From the NCBI RefSeq assembly GCF_000497125.1, contig NC_090601.1, positions 930,001 to 994,000 on the forward strand: DNA of 64,000 bases. The letters run 5' to 3'. Positions 26,097 through 38,961 of this stretch are shown piece after piece. A model generated the notes under the pieces. That model made no database searches, had not been told where the DNA came from, and saw only the letters and a program-made list of their open reading frames with translations. How positions within the stretch are numbered: the first letter of the stretch is position 1; each line of letters opens with the position of its first letter. The stretch is from Spironucleus salmonicida (Eukaryota). Position numbers and translations under genes: made by a program.

Positions 26097-26879
26097 ATGC
26101 AAAACAATAATGACAGGGTGCAACTAACTTTATTCAATATTGAGTCTAATTAGACATCAGAAATTATTATTGCTCCTGAAGAAAAACTTACAACAGCTCT
26201 GCGCCCATTTCTTCCTTAATCTCCTTAGGCATTCAGGATTATTTATGACGGAGCTCAAATCTTATTAAATGATACATGTAGTAGCTAAAATATTCGGTAA
26301 GGCAAGCTAATTGCGATTAAAAAGAAGATTCCTAGAAAAATTGATCTACAATAAGTATAGTTGCTTTCGTCTAAGGATACATCAGATTTAATATTTCCTG
26401 TTCAGGAAAATACCTACTAATAACCATAAGAATATTCCAATATTAGTTATAATCATGTTGATTACATCATAAATTAGTCCCCTTTGTTTACTAAAATGAG
26501 AGAAGTATTTCCTGAACTATCATAGGTAACTAATCAAGAAAATTTTATATAAGACTTAACTACATGTTTATAAAGTTAACAACAAGCTCAAATTGTATGC
26601 GAAAATACGAAGAAATAAATATCAAGTAATGATCAAATGAATAATTTGTTTATAGAGATGAAATAAGGATTTGAAGAATAAAAACGCTAGTTTTAGGAGA
26701 AATGTGAAGGTTTTAAGTACAAAAAGGAACTAAGCTTTCTGCTGTAGTTTGTAAATATAGACATAGATATACTAAAATAATTATTAACTAAAACTAAGGG
26801 TAACTTAGTTAAGGTGATCGATTTAGTTGAATGTTAAGAAATTTAAGAAGAATCATTTTAAAATGAGGAAGAATTTTGA
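26097..26879 (+). CDS. Putative UBL-UBA (Dsk2/ubiquilin-like) protein
   Basis: N-terminal ubiquitin-like pattern (VQLTLFNIE...FRIIYDGAQILLNDTCSSQNIRQG) and C-terminal UBA-like YKKELSFLLQF...LLTKTKGNLVKVIDLV; divergent, judged by eye. Confidence 0.6.
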
Positions 26880-26927
26880 TGATTTATTAAATTTATATAT
26901 AGATATAATTTGTCCATTCTATTTAAA

Positions 26928-28907
26928 ATGCCTCCAAAATTTAATGACTAAGCCTTAAAATTTACAACATTACATTCTTAGTCACCATAAGTATCTCCGA
27001 CACGACCGAGTTCTGGTAGTGTATTTAATCGACCAACATCTGCAGCATCGTAAAAGTCGAATAATCGTCCTCTATCATCGTAATCCTATAGTAAATAAGC
27101 AAATATTAATAAATCATCAAATTTAGAGCCTAATTAGATTCCTATCAATGCACATCCATCTGAAGTAGTTGCTGCATATGAGCGTCTAGTTAAGCGTGAA
27201 ACATAAGTCAGAGGAACGGATTATAATTTATCTTAATATCAGTCTATGGCAGATGAAATTTAGGCACTTAGAAAGGAACGAAAAGATCTATAAGATAAAT
27301 TTAGATTATAGAAAACAGAGACAATCAAGCTAGAATAGAAAAATTCTTCGTTAATTAAAGAAATAGAAATGTTAGCAAGACAACCTCTTTAGCTGAATGA
27401 AATGTTTAAAACCAGATAAGTTGATTATGTAGCACTAAAAGCAAAAGAGTCTCAGCCAAGTATTGAATATGTCAAATCACTTAAAAGAAAGATACGAGAA
27501 TTATATGAAGCAAATCAAGAACTATAAAACTACATTAAAACTATGAATGATAGAACGAAAGTGGTTAAACTAATGGAATTAGAGAAAAGCTTTCGTGTTT
27601 ATTTTGATAGATATAATTAACTTAGGTAATAAAACTAGGATATTTAACTTTAACTCACTGAAATTGCACAAGAAAATATTTACTTAAAGAAGAGACTAGA
27701 ATATAGCGAAAACTAACCATTAAATGTAAATCATGAGTTATACGATGATGTGGAATAGATTTTATTCAATTAGCGCCCCCAAATTGAAGAAATTGACGAA
27801 AAAAGCGAAGACTTCAATGATGATATAAACATTAAATCTAAATCACCTCTAATCGAATACAAAATGCAAGCACAAACTAGTTCTACTCAAATTCCGACAT
27901 AATCGCTATTCTTACCTCCTTCAAGAAATGCATCGATGATGGATACTTCCAATTTGCCAGAAGTAAGCACTTTGATAGACTCATTGTAGAAAAGATAGTA
28001 AGACCAAATAACTACAAACAAGCGGTCATAGGACTAGATTCTTTTGAATCCATAGCCTTCCTTAGGCTCTCGAGAATCAGGTTTTCGTCATTTTGGTACT
28101 GATAAAATAGCATAATAGTTTGCCGATTATAGTGAAATTGACAATGAAAGTCGGAATTTGAGCACTATTGACCCAATACAAAACTAGACCATGGATTCTA
28201 ATAATACAAATGTAAACTTTGGAGTGGAATTGTGCGGCGTAACTCAAATTTCTGAGAGCGAAACTTTGAGCTACGGTCTGTAATAGAGCGTTCAGCATAG
28301 CAAACTACCGTAATAGGTTAACAATATTTCGGAGACCATCAACTCGATTTCTGATGATTTACGTAATATAGCATGTAATTCGTAAGGTGCTGTGAGCAAG
28401 GAACAGGTTAAAATTGACGAAATACCCAGCATTGAGGTTAGAAGTAGTATGTTTGAAGGAAAGTCGATGATAAATATTAATGATGACGTTCCTAGTATTG
28501 ATATTAATAGCAACATGTTCGAAAGCAGAGTCAATATTCCTAAACTAGATGATGTACCGAGCTTGGAGGTCAAAAGTGGTGTGTTCGAAGTACAGTCCCT
28601 TGTGAAAAACAGCGTAGATGGGGAAATACCTAGTATTGACGTTAACAGCCATATGTTTGAAAGTAAGCTCGGCAGTTAGGAAGTCCCGAGTATTGATGTT
28701 TAAAGTGGTATGTTTGATACAAAGTCGATGAGAAATATTAATGATGAAGTTCCAAGCATTGACGTTAAAAGTGGTATGTTCGAAAGTAAGCTTAAGGAGG
28801 TTTCGATAATAGAAATACCAATACCGTAGTAATAGTCTAACTAAAGCTAAATGCTAAGCTCAAGAAGAGAGAGCTTTAAGTAAGATTTTGAAAGCTTACT
28901 AGATTGA
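26928..28907 (+). CDS. Coiled-coil protein (IQCE-like N-terminal coil) with C-terminal acidic PSI(D/E)V repeats
   Basis: Open frame of ~659 aa. MADEIQALRK...VKSLKRKIRELY...LMELEKSFRVYFDEI resembles the IQCE coiled coil; six (E/D)(I/V)PS(I/L)(D/E)(V/I)xSx(M/V)F(E/D) repeats at 28415-28785. Confidence 0.7.
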
Positions 28908-28930
28908 TAAAAATGTGAAAATTGTTATTA

Positions 28931-29455
28931 TCACTTTTCCTCATTTTCTTTTTCACCAATTAACTTATCCAATAACTCTACAAATGGACCGCTTTCGATG
29001 TTTTCCCAACTGTCCTCAACCACCTTTTGTACTCTCAAGTCATATGCGTTTCTATCCCTAACATACAATGAACTAGCTTCTGCATTAGCTGGGGATGCTG
29101 GATTAGGATCAACTAGTAATGATTATATTGATACTAGTACTGAGCTTACATCATATGCTGGTGACCACCTTTCTGCGAGAATATCTAAACAAATTCTTCC
29201 GTCATTATACACATTGGGGTGAAACATTTTAGTCTTAAATACAATTTTCGGAGGTTGGGTTGGATATCCATCTGGAAAGTTTATCTCTAAGCAAAGAGCG
29301 GCACCCTCCCATGGAGTGTCAGGAGGTCCTAAAATTACCGCTGCCCATGAACGTAAATCTTCCTTACGAGGAGAAGCTAGGAAATGTTCAGGAGCTGATT
29401 ACACAAGATTTCTAAAATCAGACATTAGACGTTTATCTGTAGTTTTATTAGACAT
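28931..29455 (-). CDS. UBC2: Ubiquitin-conjugating enzyme E2, Rad6/UBC2 type
   Basis: KRLMSDF...GPPDTPWEG...[26 protein letters not shown]...PNPASPAN; 174 aa; missed by the track because of TAA=Gln. Confidence 0.93.
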
Positions 29456-29919
29456 TTAAAGGAAAGAAATTAGATTAATAAAATTCTATTTATTATTATA
29501 TAAAAATATCTTAAGAAATATTCATTTTTTGCGATATAAATTTTTAAGTAGACTCGAAACTTTTAATGTTTACTCTTAATTTATTGTAGGATCTATTACT
29601 GCTGTATTTCTTTTCCTAATAATTTCTTCTAAAGATAGTGCCTCGATTTTTCTCATTTAAACAATACTAAATATTATATAGAGGAGTAATTAATCTTCAA
29701 CCACTCTAAATTAATGATACTTGACTCTTTTATTAAAAAATAGGTTATTGTTAAACTGATTTCCGGTACAACGTTAACTGGCATACTTCTTTAGGCAGAT
29801 AAAAATATGAATATTCTGTTAGACAAAGCCACGTCAACAGTATCTTCTACTCCTTAGTCTGCCCTTATCAAAGGCTCAAAGGTAACATATATTGGAATCG
29901 AGTGATAAAAATATAGGTT

Positions 29920-30267
29920 TCAGTAACTCCAGTCATTAACTATGTCATGATCGTTGACTAAATACGCCCACTTTCTAGTCATGACATGCTAGAATACAAA
30001 CATGACAAGTGTAATTACAAACAACATACCTAACAATGTTGTTCTGTACTTCGCAGTAATGTAAGTCACCGCCGTAATGGCCAAGGAGCTGACCAAACAA
30101 ATCAACCCTTTGAAATTTTGATGGTAAAAAGTGAGTATGCAGTATAGCAACGAAATGCCGCACAACACGCACTGGCATAAGATAACAGCGGTCAGCTTCT
30201 TGTTAACCGGCTTTTGCATGTTGTAGTTGCCAAGCAGCTCCGAACAGATGGCCTTAAGTTCCGACAT
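29920..30267 (-). CDS. Small multi-pass membrane protein
   Basis: Three hydrophobic segments; first in-frame TGA at 29920-29922, though the frame continues open to 29653. Confidence 0.6.
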
Positions 30268-30333
30268 CTTTAGAAGTGTAGAAAATTATTATTACATAAT
30301 TATTATATGGTATTTGTTATTAAATGAAATCGG

Positions 30334-31695
30334 TCACTCTTCACATAAATACGAAAACGGCTCCATTATTTCCGATTTAATTTCGTCATTTTGCGCTTCC
30401 ATTATATCAGTTGGTAAATCATTCGGTTTTTATATAATATCGATGTTTTCCACTCCTTTTTCAGTATTCTCAATTTCAACTTAATTTTGACTTTCCACTC
30501 CTTTTTCCTACTCCCAAAAAGCCGTCAAAACCGCCAAATTTTCAGCCTAAACGAACCCCGAAACGCGCTCCGCAAATCGCTCAATTTTCAAATTTTTCTC
30601 GCACAAACTTGATACGCAAATCAGCAATTCCTCGTTTTGACTTTGAATTGCATTTTCCACTCCAAATTTTTCAATTTCGCCTAGCAGCGAAAAGTGCCTA
30701 CAAAGCAGCGCAAACTGGTCCATTTTCTTGAATTCCTCACCGATTTCGTCCGAAATCGACTTATTGAACTAAAATTTGTAGATTTTCTCAATTTCTTGAT
30801 AGTTTTCCGCTCCTATTTTCGAGTAAAATTCGACGAAATACTCGCTGTGCACAACATCTGAACTGATGTTCTTATGCAAATTTTAGATAGTTTTTTCGAC
30901 CTCAAAAAGCTGATTTTCGACGTGCAAATTGGCCAGAATTTGCGTGCAAATCGAGTCCCCGAAGAGGCCCGCCAGGAAGTCCTCGTAGCGCTCCCTGCGG
31001 CTCTCCTCGACGATCTGCCGAGCGAGCGAAAATTCGGCTCGCGGGAGCGAAATGAGCGCGAAAGCGATGCCTTTCCGGTCCCCAGCCGCCAGCGCGCGCA
31101 GGACGTTCAGGTAGCGCCTCTGGAACATCATTTGAGCGATTGCGGGGCTGCGTTTCACAAAATCGGAATTTCGCATTTTTCTCCGGACTTCTGCCGGATC
31201 CCGTGAAATAATTTTTAGCAAATTTGAGTTATTGGAGTGGAAAGTTGAATTTGAATTGAAAATAATTTTTTCATTTTAGGTGATATTGATAGTTTGAGGA
31301 GAATTAAAATTAGGGGTAGAATTAAAATTAGGAGTAGAATTAGTATCATCACAATTACCATCAGAATCAGATAGCTCATCTAAGAACGTCAAAGGTTCGT
31401 CGATGACAGCTTCAACTTCGGATTTGGAGAGCGAGACACCGAAAATGCCGCAGAGGCGCCCCAGCGTAGCGAGCTTCTACTGTTTTGCAGCATTCCGCAG
31501 TGTGTCGCGCACCTGGTTCCGGAAGCGGCAGAAGAGCGCGTCCAGCGGTGCGTGGCGGCGCGCGGCCTGCACCTCCGCTTGACGCAGCAGCGCGACCTTC
31601 TTGATCTGCAGTAGGCCCTGGTGCAGCGATTTCTGCGGCTGCAGGCCGTGGATCGCGAGCAGCGAGTTGACGAGCGCGGCGGTCTGGGCGTCCAT
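30334..31695 (-). CDS. Hypothetical protein (~453 aa)
   Basis: Track ORFs 31477..31695 and 30883..31221 share a frame; continuous to a GAGTGA stop; TTCCACTCCAC upstream of the ATG. Confidence 0.8.
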
Positions 31696-31774
31696 ATTCT
31701 GAAGTGGAGTGGAATTTTTAATATATCATTATTATATCTTAATATACAATATATATCAAAATTCTGCAAATCGC

Positions 31775-32284
31775 TCAATCCTCGAAAACGGCGTTTCCGA
31801 CCACAGTGCAGCGCTGCCGCTACCGCAGCAGCACGCAACTCTCCACCTGGCCCTTGCTCCACCTGCGCAATTTCACGCTCGCGAAAAGCGCGTAAACGGG
31901 CCCCAGCAGCGGCCCCCAATTGAACTCAATCGATAGGTACTGGCCCTGTTTCAGCGTCTTCACGCAGTGCTCATCTTTGAATTCTGAGGCCAAATTCAGC
32001 GGAATTTGCGAGAGATTTTCGAGCTCAAAAGGAGCGAAAAATGAATTTCTGGGCCGAATTCTGAAAGTGGAAAGGGGCCGTTTTGATCCGGAAAAATGCC
32101 GGACGGATTTGTTTGTGGCGTTCGCGTAAAGCGCCGGGAGGCGCGTAAGTTTCGGCTGCGCGAACACGAAGGCCGTTTTGGGCACCTGGCGGACTTTCAC
32201 GGTCGTGGGCTGCAGGATGCTTAGTTTGAGGGATAGGAGGGCTAGGAGTGAGAGGAGGGCTAGGAGGGATAGGGGGGAGAGCAT
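31775..32284 (-). CDS. Membrane-anchored or secreted protein (weak TEX264/GyrI-like resemblance)
   Basis: N-terminal Leu-rich hydrophobic helix; reads through TAG to TGA at 31775; C-rich motif upstream. Confidence 0.65.
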
Positions 32285-32680
32285 TTCTGGGTGTGGAAGG
32301 GAGGGAAATATTGGGTATTATGATATAATAATTGTATAATTGATTAAATTTGGGTGGAAGGGAGGGAAATATTTGATAGCTTATAAAGTTATTATTATAT
32401 GATAATAAATGTATATAAAGGATATAAAAATATAATTATCATTATTATATAAAAATAAATATCTCATTATTATATATTATGATAAATGTATTTAATAATC
32501 TTTCTAGCAGTCGTTTTAGGATCGGCTGGCAGCAAATTGTAGAGTTGGAGTAAAGCTGGGTTGTTTAGCAGAATTTAGGCATGTTAGGGGGTAGCGTATT
32601 CAGAAAGGAAATAGTGAGAAAATAATTAATTATAATATAATATTGTGTTTGCCGTAGTAACGTCATATTTCGTTTCAATA

Positions 32681-33823
32681 ATGCTGCTTCTGCTGCTTAG
32701 CTAGGAGACAGTTTTTTCACAGTAAATACCTGTTAATATTGCTAATGACAGCGATACATAGTCTGAGCAGGTTCCAGCTCCATTGCCCATCATAGCAGTA
32801 GTTGGAACTATTAAATAGCACACTTAAATTTTTGACAGCTATAATTCTACTAATTCTACATCCAACGCTAAATTTAGCTCCTTTTTGCAAAATTTGGGAT
32901 ACGAAATTCCATACTCGTTTTAAAATTACGCCCCTGATAGCTTTGACATAAAAGTATTTACTTTAACAGGGAAGGACTCTGTGGCTAAAGCTATTAATTA
33001 GACTTTAATTGATCTCAAAGTTGATACTAAATTTATTGAATTCTCGGATAAATTCCCAAGTTCTATCTCTGTAGAGATGGTCCATTAACAACAAGAGGAT
33101 AGTGAAGAAGAAATTGAACACGAAAAAGAATTGTTTTCAAATACTGATTCATTCTTCTAGATAAATTATAAATACATCTATAAGCAAAAATATCCTTTAA
33201 TGCAGGCTAGTCATGTATTTTTAGACTCACAAATAAATGAAAATGCTATCAGATTTATTTTAGAGGGAGTTGGCTCGAAGACGGCTATTTACGTCTAAGA
33301 AGGGGATGAAGATAAGCTTCTTTCATTAATATAAAAAATGAAAGTTAAGAAAGATGCAAATGTTATGAAATTTTTACAGCTCTCCTAAAACTCAGCAAAT
33401 AATTTTCTAGAATCAATTTGCAAGCTGTCTAACTAAACAGACTGTGAGGACTTGAAGCTACCAGTTAAAAATGTTGATTCTTATAAGATGATTTTTGGCG
33501 CGCTTCACAATGTTTTCCACGCTGAAAATATTCTTATCAAGGCTGATAAGCAGCTATTATCATTGTCTGGCGTGGGGCTAGTTGAGGTTGATAATAAACT
33601 CAGCCACAACACGAATGAATTTTTAAGCTGCTTTGCCACGAGCGATGTTGCCGATATTGAAGCCAAAATCGAACATTGCGGCTTTGTCGAAATTTGTTAA
33701 GCCAAAGGTGTTTTCTGCAGTCCTAAGGAGAGGAAGAGACTCGAGCAGATCAGCTACGTGAGCTAAAAGTGGATCGTCAAGGGCGCGTAGCCAGTGCACG
33801 ACGAGGCTTAAACAGAATTATGA
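32681..33823 (+). CDS. Signal-peptide protein with divergent PfkB-like fold, ending in QTEL
   Basis: MLLLLLSQE start; IAVVGT and VFTLTGKDSVAKAINQTLIDLKVDTKFI resemble the PfkB family; C-terminus HDEAQTEL-TGA. Confidence 0.7.
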
Positions 33824-33894
33824 CTGGTTAATTTTTCATGTATTTCTTTATCTTTCCATATATTCTTATTGTTCCTTTATTTTACTTCCGAAAA

Positions 33895-36800
33895 ATGGAC
33901 CACACACAAAAGGTGTTTGAGCTTGTCAAGGCTCAGACTAATCTCCGAATCGAGCTACAACGCGCAACTAAAGAGTCCTTTGAACTGCGCGAGGCCAACA
34001 CATAGCTGGCTCGCGAAAACAGAGAATTGCGCAGTAGCGTAAATGGTGAATTACAGGTTCCAGAGGCCGATAGCACCCGTAGTACATCCACAAACAGCGA
34101 ATTAACGAAGTTCTAGACCGAATTTTAGGTACAAATCCAGGATCTCCGTGCGCTCGTTTTTCAAACCTCCTAGAGCCTCAATTTCGCCGATTTCCAGCGC
34201 ACATCAGAGACAGTAATCGAGGAATTATCCACAATGCTTCTCGCGGCGCGAGCAGAGGCGGAGGAGATTTTGGCATCGCTCCAGGACGCCTACGCGCGCC
34301 AAAATGACGAGCTGCGCTAACGAACGCATACGCTGACCGCCCTAAGTGTGAAATTTACCGCATTGACGCGAGAGGTGCAGGAGCGCTTCTCACATCAGGC
34401 ACTTCTGGACCAGAGCATGCTGCAGCAGCTGTAACTGGAGCTGCGTGAGAAAGCGTCCGTTCTCGAGTCAGTCGTTTAGGAGGCTGATTTGTTGCGCACA
34501 TGCAGCGAAGAGAACAACGCGAAAATGCGAGAAATGGAATAAACAATCCAACAAAAAACTTCTAAAATTAAAGAGTAGGAATAGTATATAGTCCAAGTAG
34601 AAGCCGAAATCGCCGAAAATCGTGTGAGCGCTGCGGAGACCAAAACACAACTGCGAGAGCTATTTGAGGCCATCCGCGAGGCCCCTGAGAATGCAACACC
34701 GACGAGCACGCAAGAAATAGCGTTCTGCGACCTGCGCGCTGCCGTTAGCCAGTTGGTATAACGCGAAAAGCAGCTCTGCAGCGAAAGTGATGTAAGCCGC
34801 GAAACGCTCGCTGCGGTGCGCGCGAACCTCTCAAGGTCACAGGGCGAGTTTGTCGACCAGTAACAGAAAATTTTACTGATATAAGAGCAGGCCACGCAGC
34901 TGGAGCTGCAGAACAGCCAGTTTCTGCTCTAGTAGGAGCTGGGCCAGCGGTAGACACAGCTTTTGGGCGAGCAAATCGGCTCCCAGGAACGAACAATTTT
35001 ACTGCTATAAGAGAAAGTGTAGGCGCAGGCCCTCACCGCCGAAACGCTCGTCGCCGAATCGCGCGAAAAGCAGCTCCAAATCGACGCGCTTTTGACTGAA
35101 AACCGAGTTTGTTATATTAGTTAGGAAGCGCTAAAAAGCGATTTTTCTGCTCTATAATCCGCGCAGGCGGCGAGTATCCTGCGCTACGAAAGCTAGATTA
35201 CGCAGGAGCGTCAACATCTACAGGAACTCCATCTGCAGAGCGTAAAATAGGCGCAGGAAACTCAAGAAACATTGATTGCGGCCAAAGATCAAAAAGTACT
35301 GGAAATTTCACATGAGAACTCCACGCTCCAAACAGCAGTAACCTCCCAAACCGCCCAAATAACCTCCCTGCAAGCTGAGAACTCCACGCTCCAAACAGCA
35401 GTAACCTCCCAAACCGCCCAATTAACCTCCCTGCAAGCTGAGAACTCCACGCTCCAAACAGCAGTAACCTCCCAAACCGCCCAATTAACCTCCCTGCAAG
35501 CTGAGAACTCCACGCTCCAAACAGCAGTAACCTCCCAAACCGCCCAATTAACCTCCCTGCAAGCTGAGAACTCCACGCTCCAAACAGCAGTAACCTCCCA
35601 AACCGCCCAAATAACCTCCCTGCAAGCTGAGAACTCCACGCTCCAAACAGCAGTAACCTCCCAAACCGCCCAATTAACCTCCCTGCAAGCTGAGAACTCC
35701 ACGCTCCAAACAGCAGTAACCTCCCAAACCGCCCAATTAACCTCCCTGCAAGCTGAGAACTCCACGCTCCAAACAGCAGTAACCTCCCAAACCGCCCAAT
35801 TAACCTCCCTGCAAGCTGAGAACTCCACGCTCCAAACAGCAGTAACCTCCCAGACCGCCCAATTAACCTCCCTGCAAGCTGAGAACTCCACGCTCCAAAC
35901 AGCAGTAACCTCCCAGACCGCCCAATTAACCTCCCTGCAAGCTGAGAACTCCACGCTCCAAACAGCAGTAACCTCCCAGAACATATAAATTGACTCCCAG
36001 AATGTCGAATTAACCTCCCAGACCGCCCAAATAACCGCCCTGCAAGCTGAGAACTCCACGCTCCAAACAGCAGTAACCTCCCAAACCGCCCAATTAACCT
36101 CCCTGCAAGCTGAGAACTCCACGCTCCAAACAGCAGTAACCTCCCAGACCGCCCAATTAACCTCCCTGCAAGCTGAGAACTCCACGCTCCAAACAGCAGT
36201 AACCTCCCAGACCGCCCAAATAACCGCCCTGCAAGCTGAGAACTCCACGCTCCAAACAGCAGTAACCTCCCAGAACATATAAATTGACTCCCAGAATGTC
36301 GAATTAACCTCCCAGACCGCCCAAATAACCGCCCTGCAAGCTGAGAACTCCACGCTCCAAACAGCAGTAACCTCCCAGAACATATAAATTGACTCCCAGA
36401 ATGTCGAATTAACCTCCCAGACCGCCCAAATAACCGCCCTGCAAGCTGAGAACTCCACGCTCCAAACAGCAGTAACCTCCCAAACCGCCCAATTAACCTC
36501 CCTGCAAGCTGAGAACTCCACGCTCCAAACAGCAGTAACCTCCCAGACCGCCCAAATAACCGCCCTGCAAGCTGAGAACTCCACGCTCCAAACAGCAGTA
36601 ACCTCCCAGAACATATAAATTGACTCCCAGAATGTCGAATTAACCTCCCAAACCGCCCAATTAACCTCCCTGCAAGCTGAGAACTCCACGCTCCAAACAG
36701 CAGTAACCTCCCAGACCGCCCAAATAACCGCCCTGCAAGCTGAGAACTCCACGCTCCAAACAGCAGTAACCTCCCAGAACATATAAATTGACTCCCAGAA

Positions 36801-38961
36801 TGTCGAATTAACCTCCCAAACCGCCCAATTAACCTCCCTGCAAGCTGAGAACTCCACGCTCCAAACAGCAGTAACCTCCCAGACCGCCCAAATAACCGCC
36901 CTGCAAGCTGAGAACTCCACGCTCCAAACAGCAGTAACCTCCCAGAACATATAAATTGACTCCCAGAATGTCGAATTAACCTCCCAAACCGCCCAATTAA
37001 CCTCCCTGCAAGCTGAGAACTCCACGCTCCAAACAGCAGTAACCTCCCAGACCGCCCAAATAACCGCCCTGCAAACTGAGAACTCCACGCTCCAAACAGC
37101 AGTAACCTCCCAGAACATATAAATTGACTCCCAGAATGTCGAATTAACCTCCCAAACCGCCCAATTAACCTCCCTGCAAGCTGAGAACTCCACGCTCCAA
37201 ACAGCAGTAACCTCCCAGACCGCCCAAATAACCGCCCTGCAAGCTGAGAACTCCACGCTCCAAACAGCAGTAACCTCCCAGAACATATAAATTGACTCCC
37301 AGAATGTCGAATTAACCTCCCAGACCGCCCAAATAACCGCCCTGCAAGCTGAGAACTCCACGCTCCAAACAGCAGTAACCTCCCAAACCGCCCAATTAAC
37401 CTCCCTGCAAGCTGAGAACTCCACGCTCCAAACAGCAGTAACCTCCCAGACCGCCCAAATAACCGCCCTGCAAGCTGAGAACTCCACGCTCCAAACAGCA
37501 GTAACCTCCCAGAACATATAAATTGACTCCCAGAATGTCGAATTAACCTCCCAAACCGCCCAATTAACCTCCCTGCAAGCTGAGAACTCCACGCTCCAAA
37601 CAGCAGTAACCTCCCAGACCGCCCAAATAACCGCCCTGCAAGCTGAGAACTCCACGCTCCAAACAGCAGTAACCTCCCAGAACATATAAATTGACTCCCA
37701 GAATGTCGAATTAACCTCCCAAACCGCCCAATTAACCTCCCTGCAAGCTGAGAACTCCACGCTCCAAACAGCAGTAACCTCCCAGACCGCCCAAATAACC
37801 GCCCTGCAAACTGAGAACTCCACGCTCCAAACAGCAGTAACCTCCCAGAACATATAAATTGACTCCCAGAATGTCGAATTAACCTCCCAAACCGCCCAAT
37901 TAACCACCCAAATTCACTCCCTCGAAACGCTCCAAAACCTGGAAAATGAAGTGGAAAAATGCAAAAATATCATAAAATTGCTCGGCGAAAATCTGTAAAA
38001 AACTGCCGCCTAGCTCCAATTCGCTGAAATGGCGCTGGCTGAGCGCGTGCGCGAGTACGACGTTTTGCGCGAGCAGGTAGCCGTTTTTGCCGAAAATGTC
38101 GGAAATTTCTCGAAATTTGGAGCGGAAAATGCGAATTAGCTGTTGTTTCTGCGAGGCCAGAGCGCGAAAACGTCTGATATAACGGAATTAGCGCAGCTGG
38201 CTAATGATGAATTTGCGCGCAAAATGGCAGATTTTGAGAAGCTGCAGAGCGAAAATAGCGGTTTAACTGAGCAGATTCTGACTTTATAAGTTAAATTAGC
38301 GACGCTTCAGGCCGAATTGGGCGCGTAAAATGACGCGTTTTCGGCATCTTAAACGCAGAACAATTTGAATCTTAAGAAACTTGAAATTTTAAGTCTCCAA
38401 AACGCTGCGCTTCAGCGGTAGGTAGGCGGGGCAGAGCGCTAAGGAGAAGCCTTGGTTTCGCTAGAATAGTCGAATAAACAGAATATAGAGCTGATATAAA
38501 AGCTGCAAAATCAGAACGAAAAGGTTAATTTGAAGCTCGTTTAGCTCACTGAAATTTCGCAAAATTAGGATGGAAATGCGCTTTCTGAAATATTAACCGA
38601 ATAATATTAGAATATTCCATTTTGCTTATATGAATATTGCGTAGAAAATAATGTTGTTAATCCTAAAACTTCGGCCAAGTTAAAAATGAAGCTTTTACAA
38701 GACAAAATGTAGCTATAAGCAATTTCTAAAGAGCTAAAAATTGATATGAAAGGATTAAAATATACGATTTTAGATAGGGCTGGGGATGACGGTAAGATGT
38801 CTGATATTGAATATTTATTGCATTGTGTCAAGACAATGAAGGTAAAAATTTCAGAAAAATTAGATAATTTTATCACGTATGTGAATGACAGATTTGATGA
38901 AGATAAGAATAACGTTTTAGCCAGCTTTGAAATCCTCAAAGTGAAGCTTGAAGCTGTATGA
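33895..38961 (+). CDS. Very long coiled-coil protein (~1688 aa) with internal tandem repeats and C-terminal LKYxILDRA motif
   Basis: One frame from ATG 33895 through 35272..35988 and 38746..38961; Q/E/L-rich heptads. Confidence 0.85.
35313..37906 (+). repeat. Coding tandem repeat: 63-bp unit (ENSTLQTAVTSQTAQ[L/I]T[S/A]LQA) with interspersed 42-bp insert (NIQIDSQNVELTSQ)
   Basis: Directly visible near-perfect repeats; pure 63-mers to ~35975, then higher-order arrays containing the 42-bp insert. Confidence 0.97.

Noticed and set aside
32225-32282. TAGG(G)-like repeats resembling telomeric sequence
   Set aside because: They are the antisense of the Leu/Ser-rich signal anchor of the 31775..32284 gene.
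35289-37907. 872-aa Trp/Val-rich minus-strand ORF
   Set aside because: Antisense shadow of the plus-strand coiled-coil repeat.
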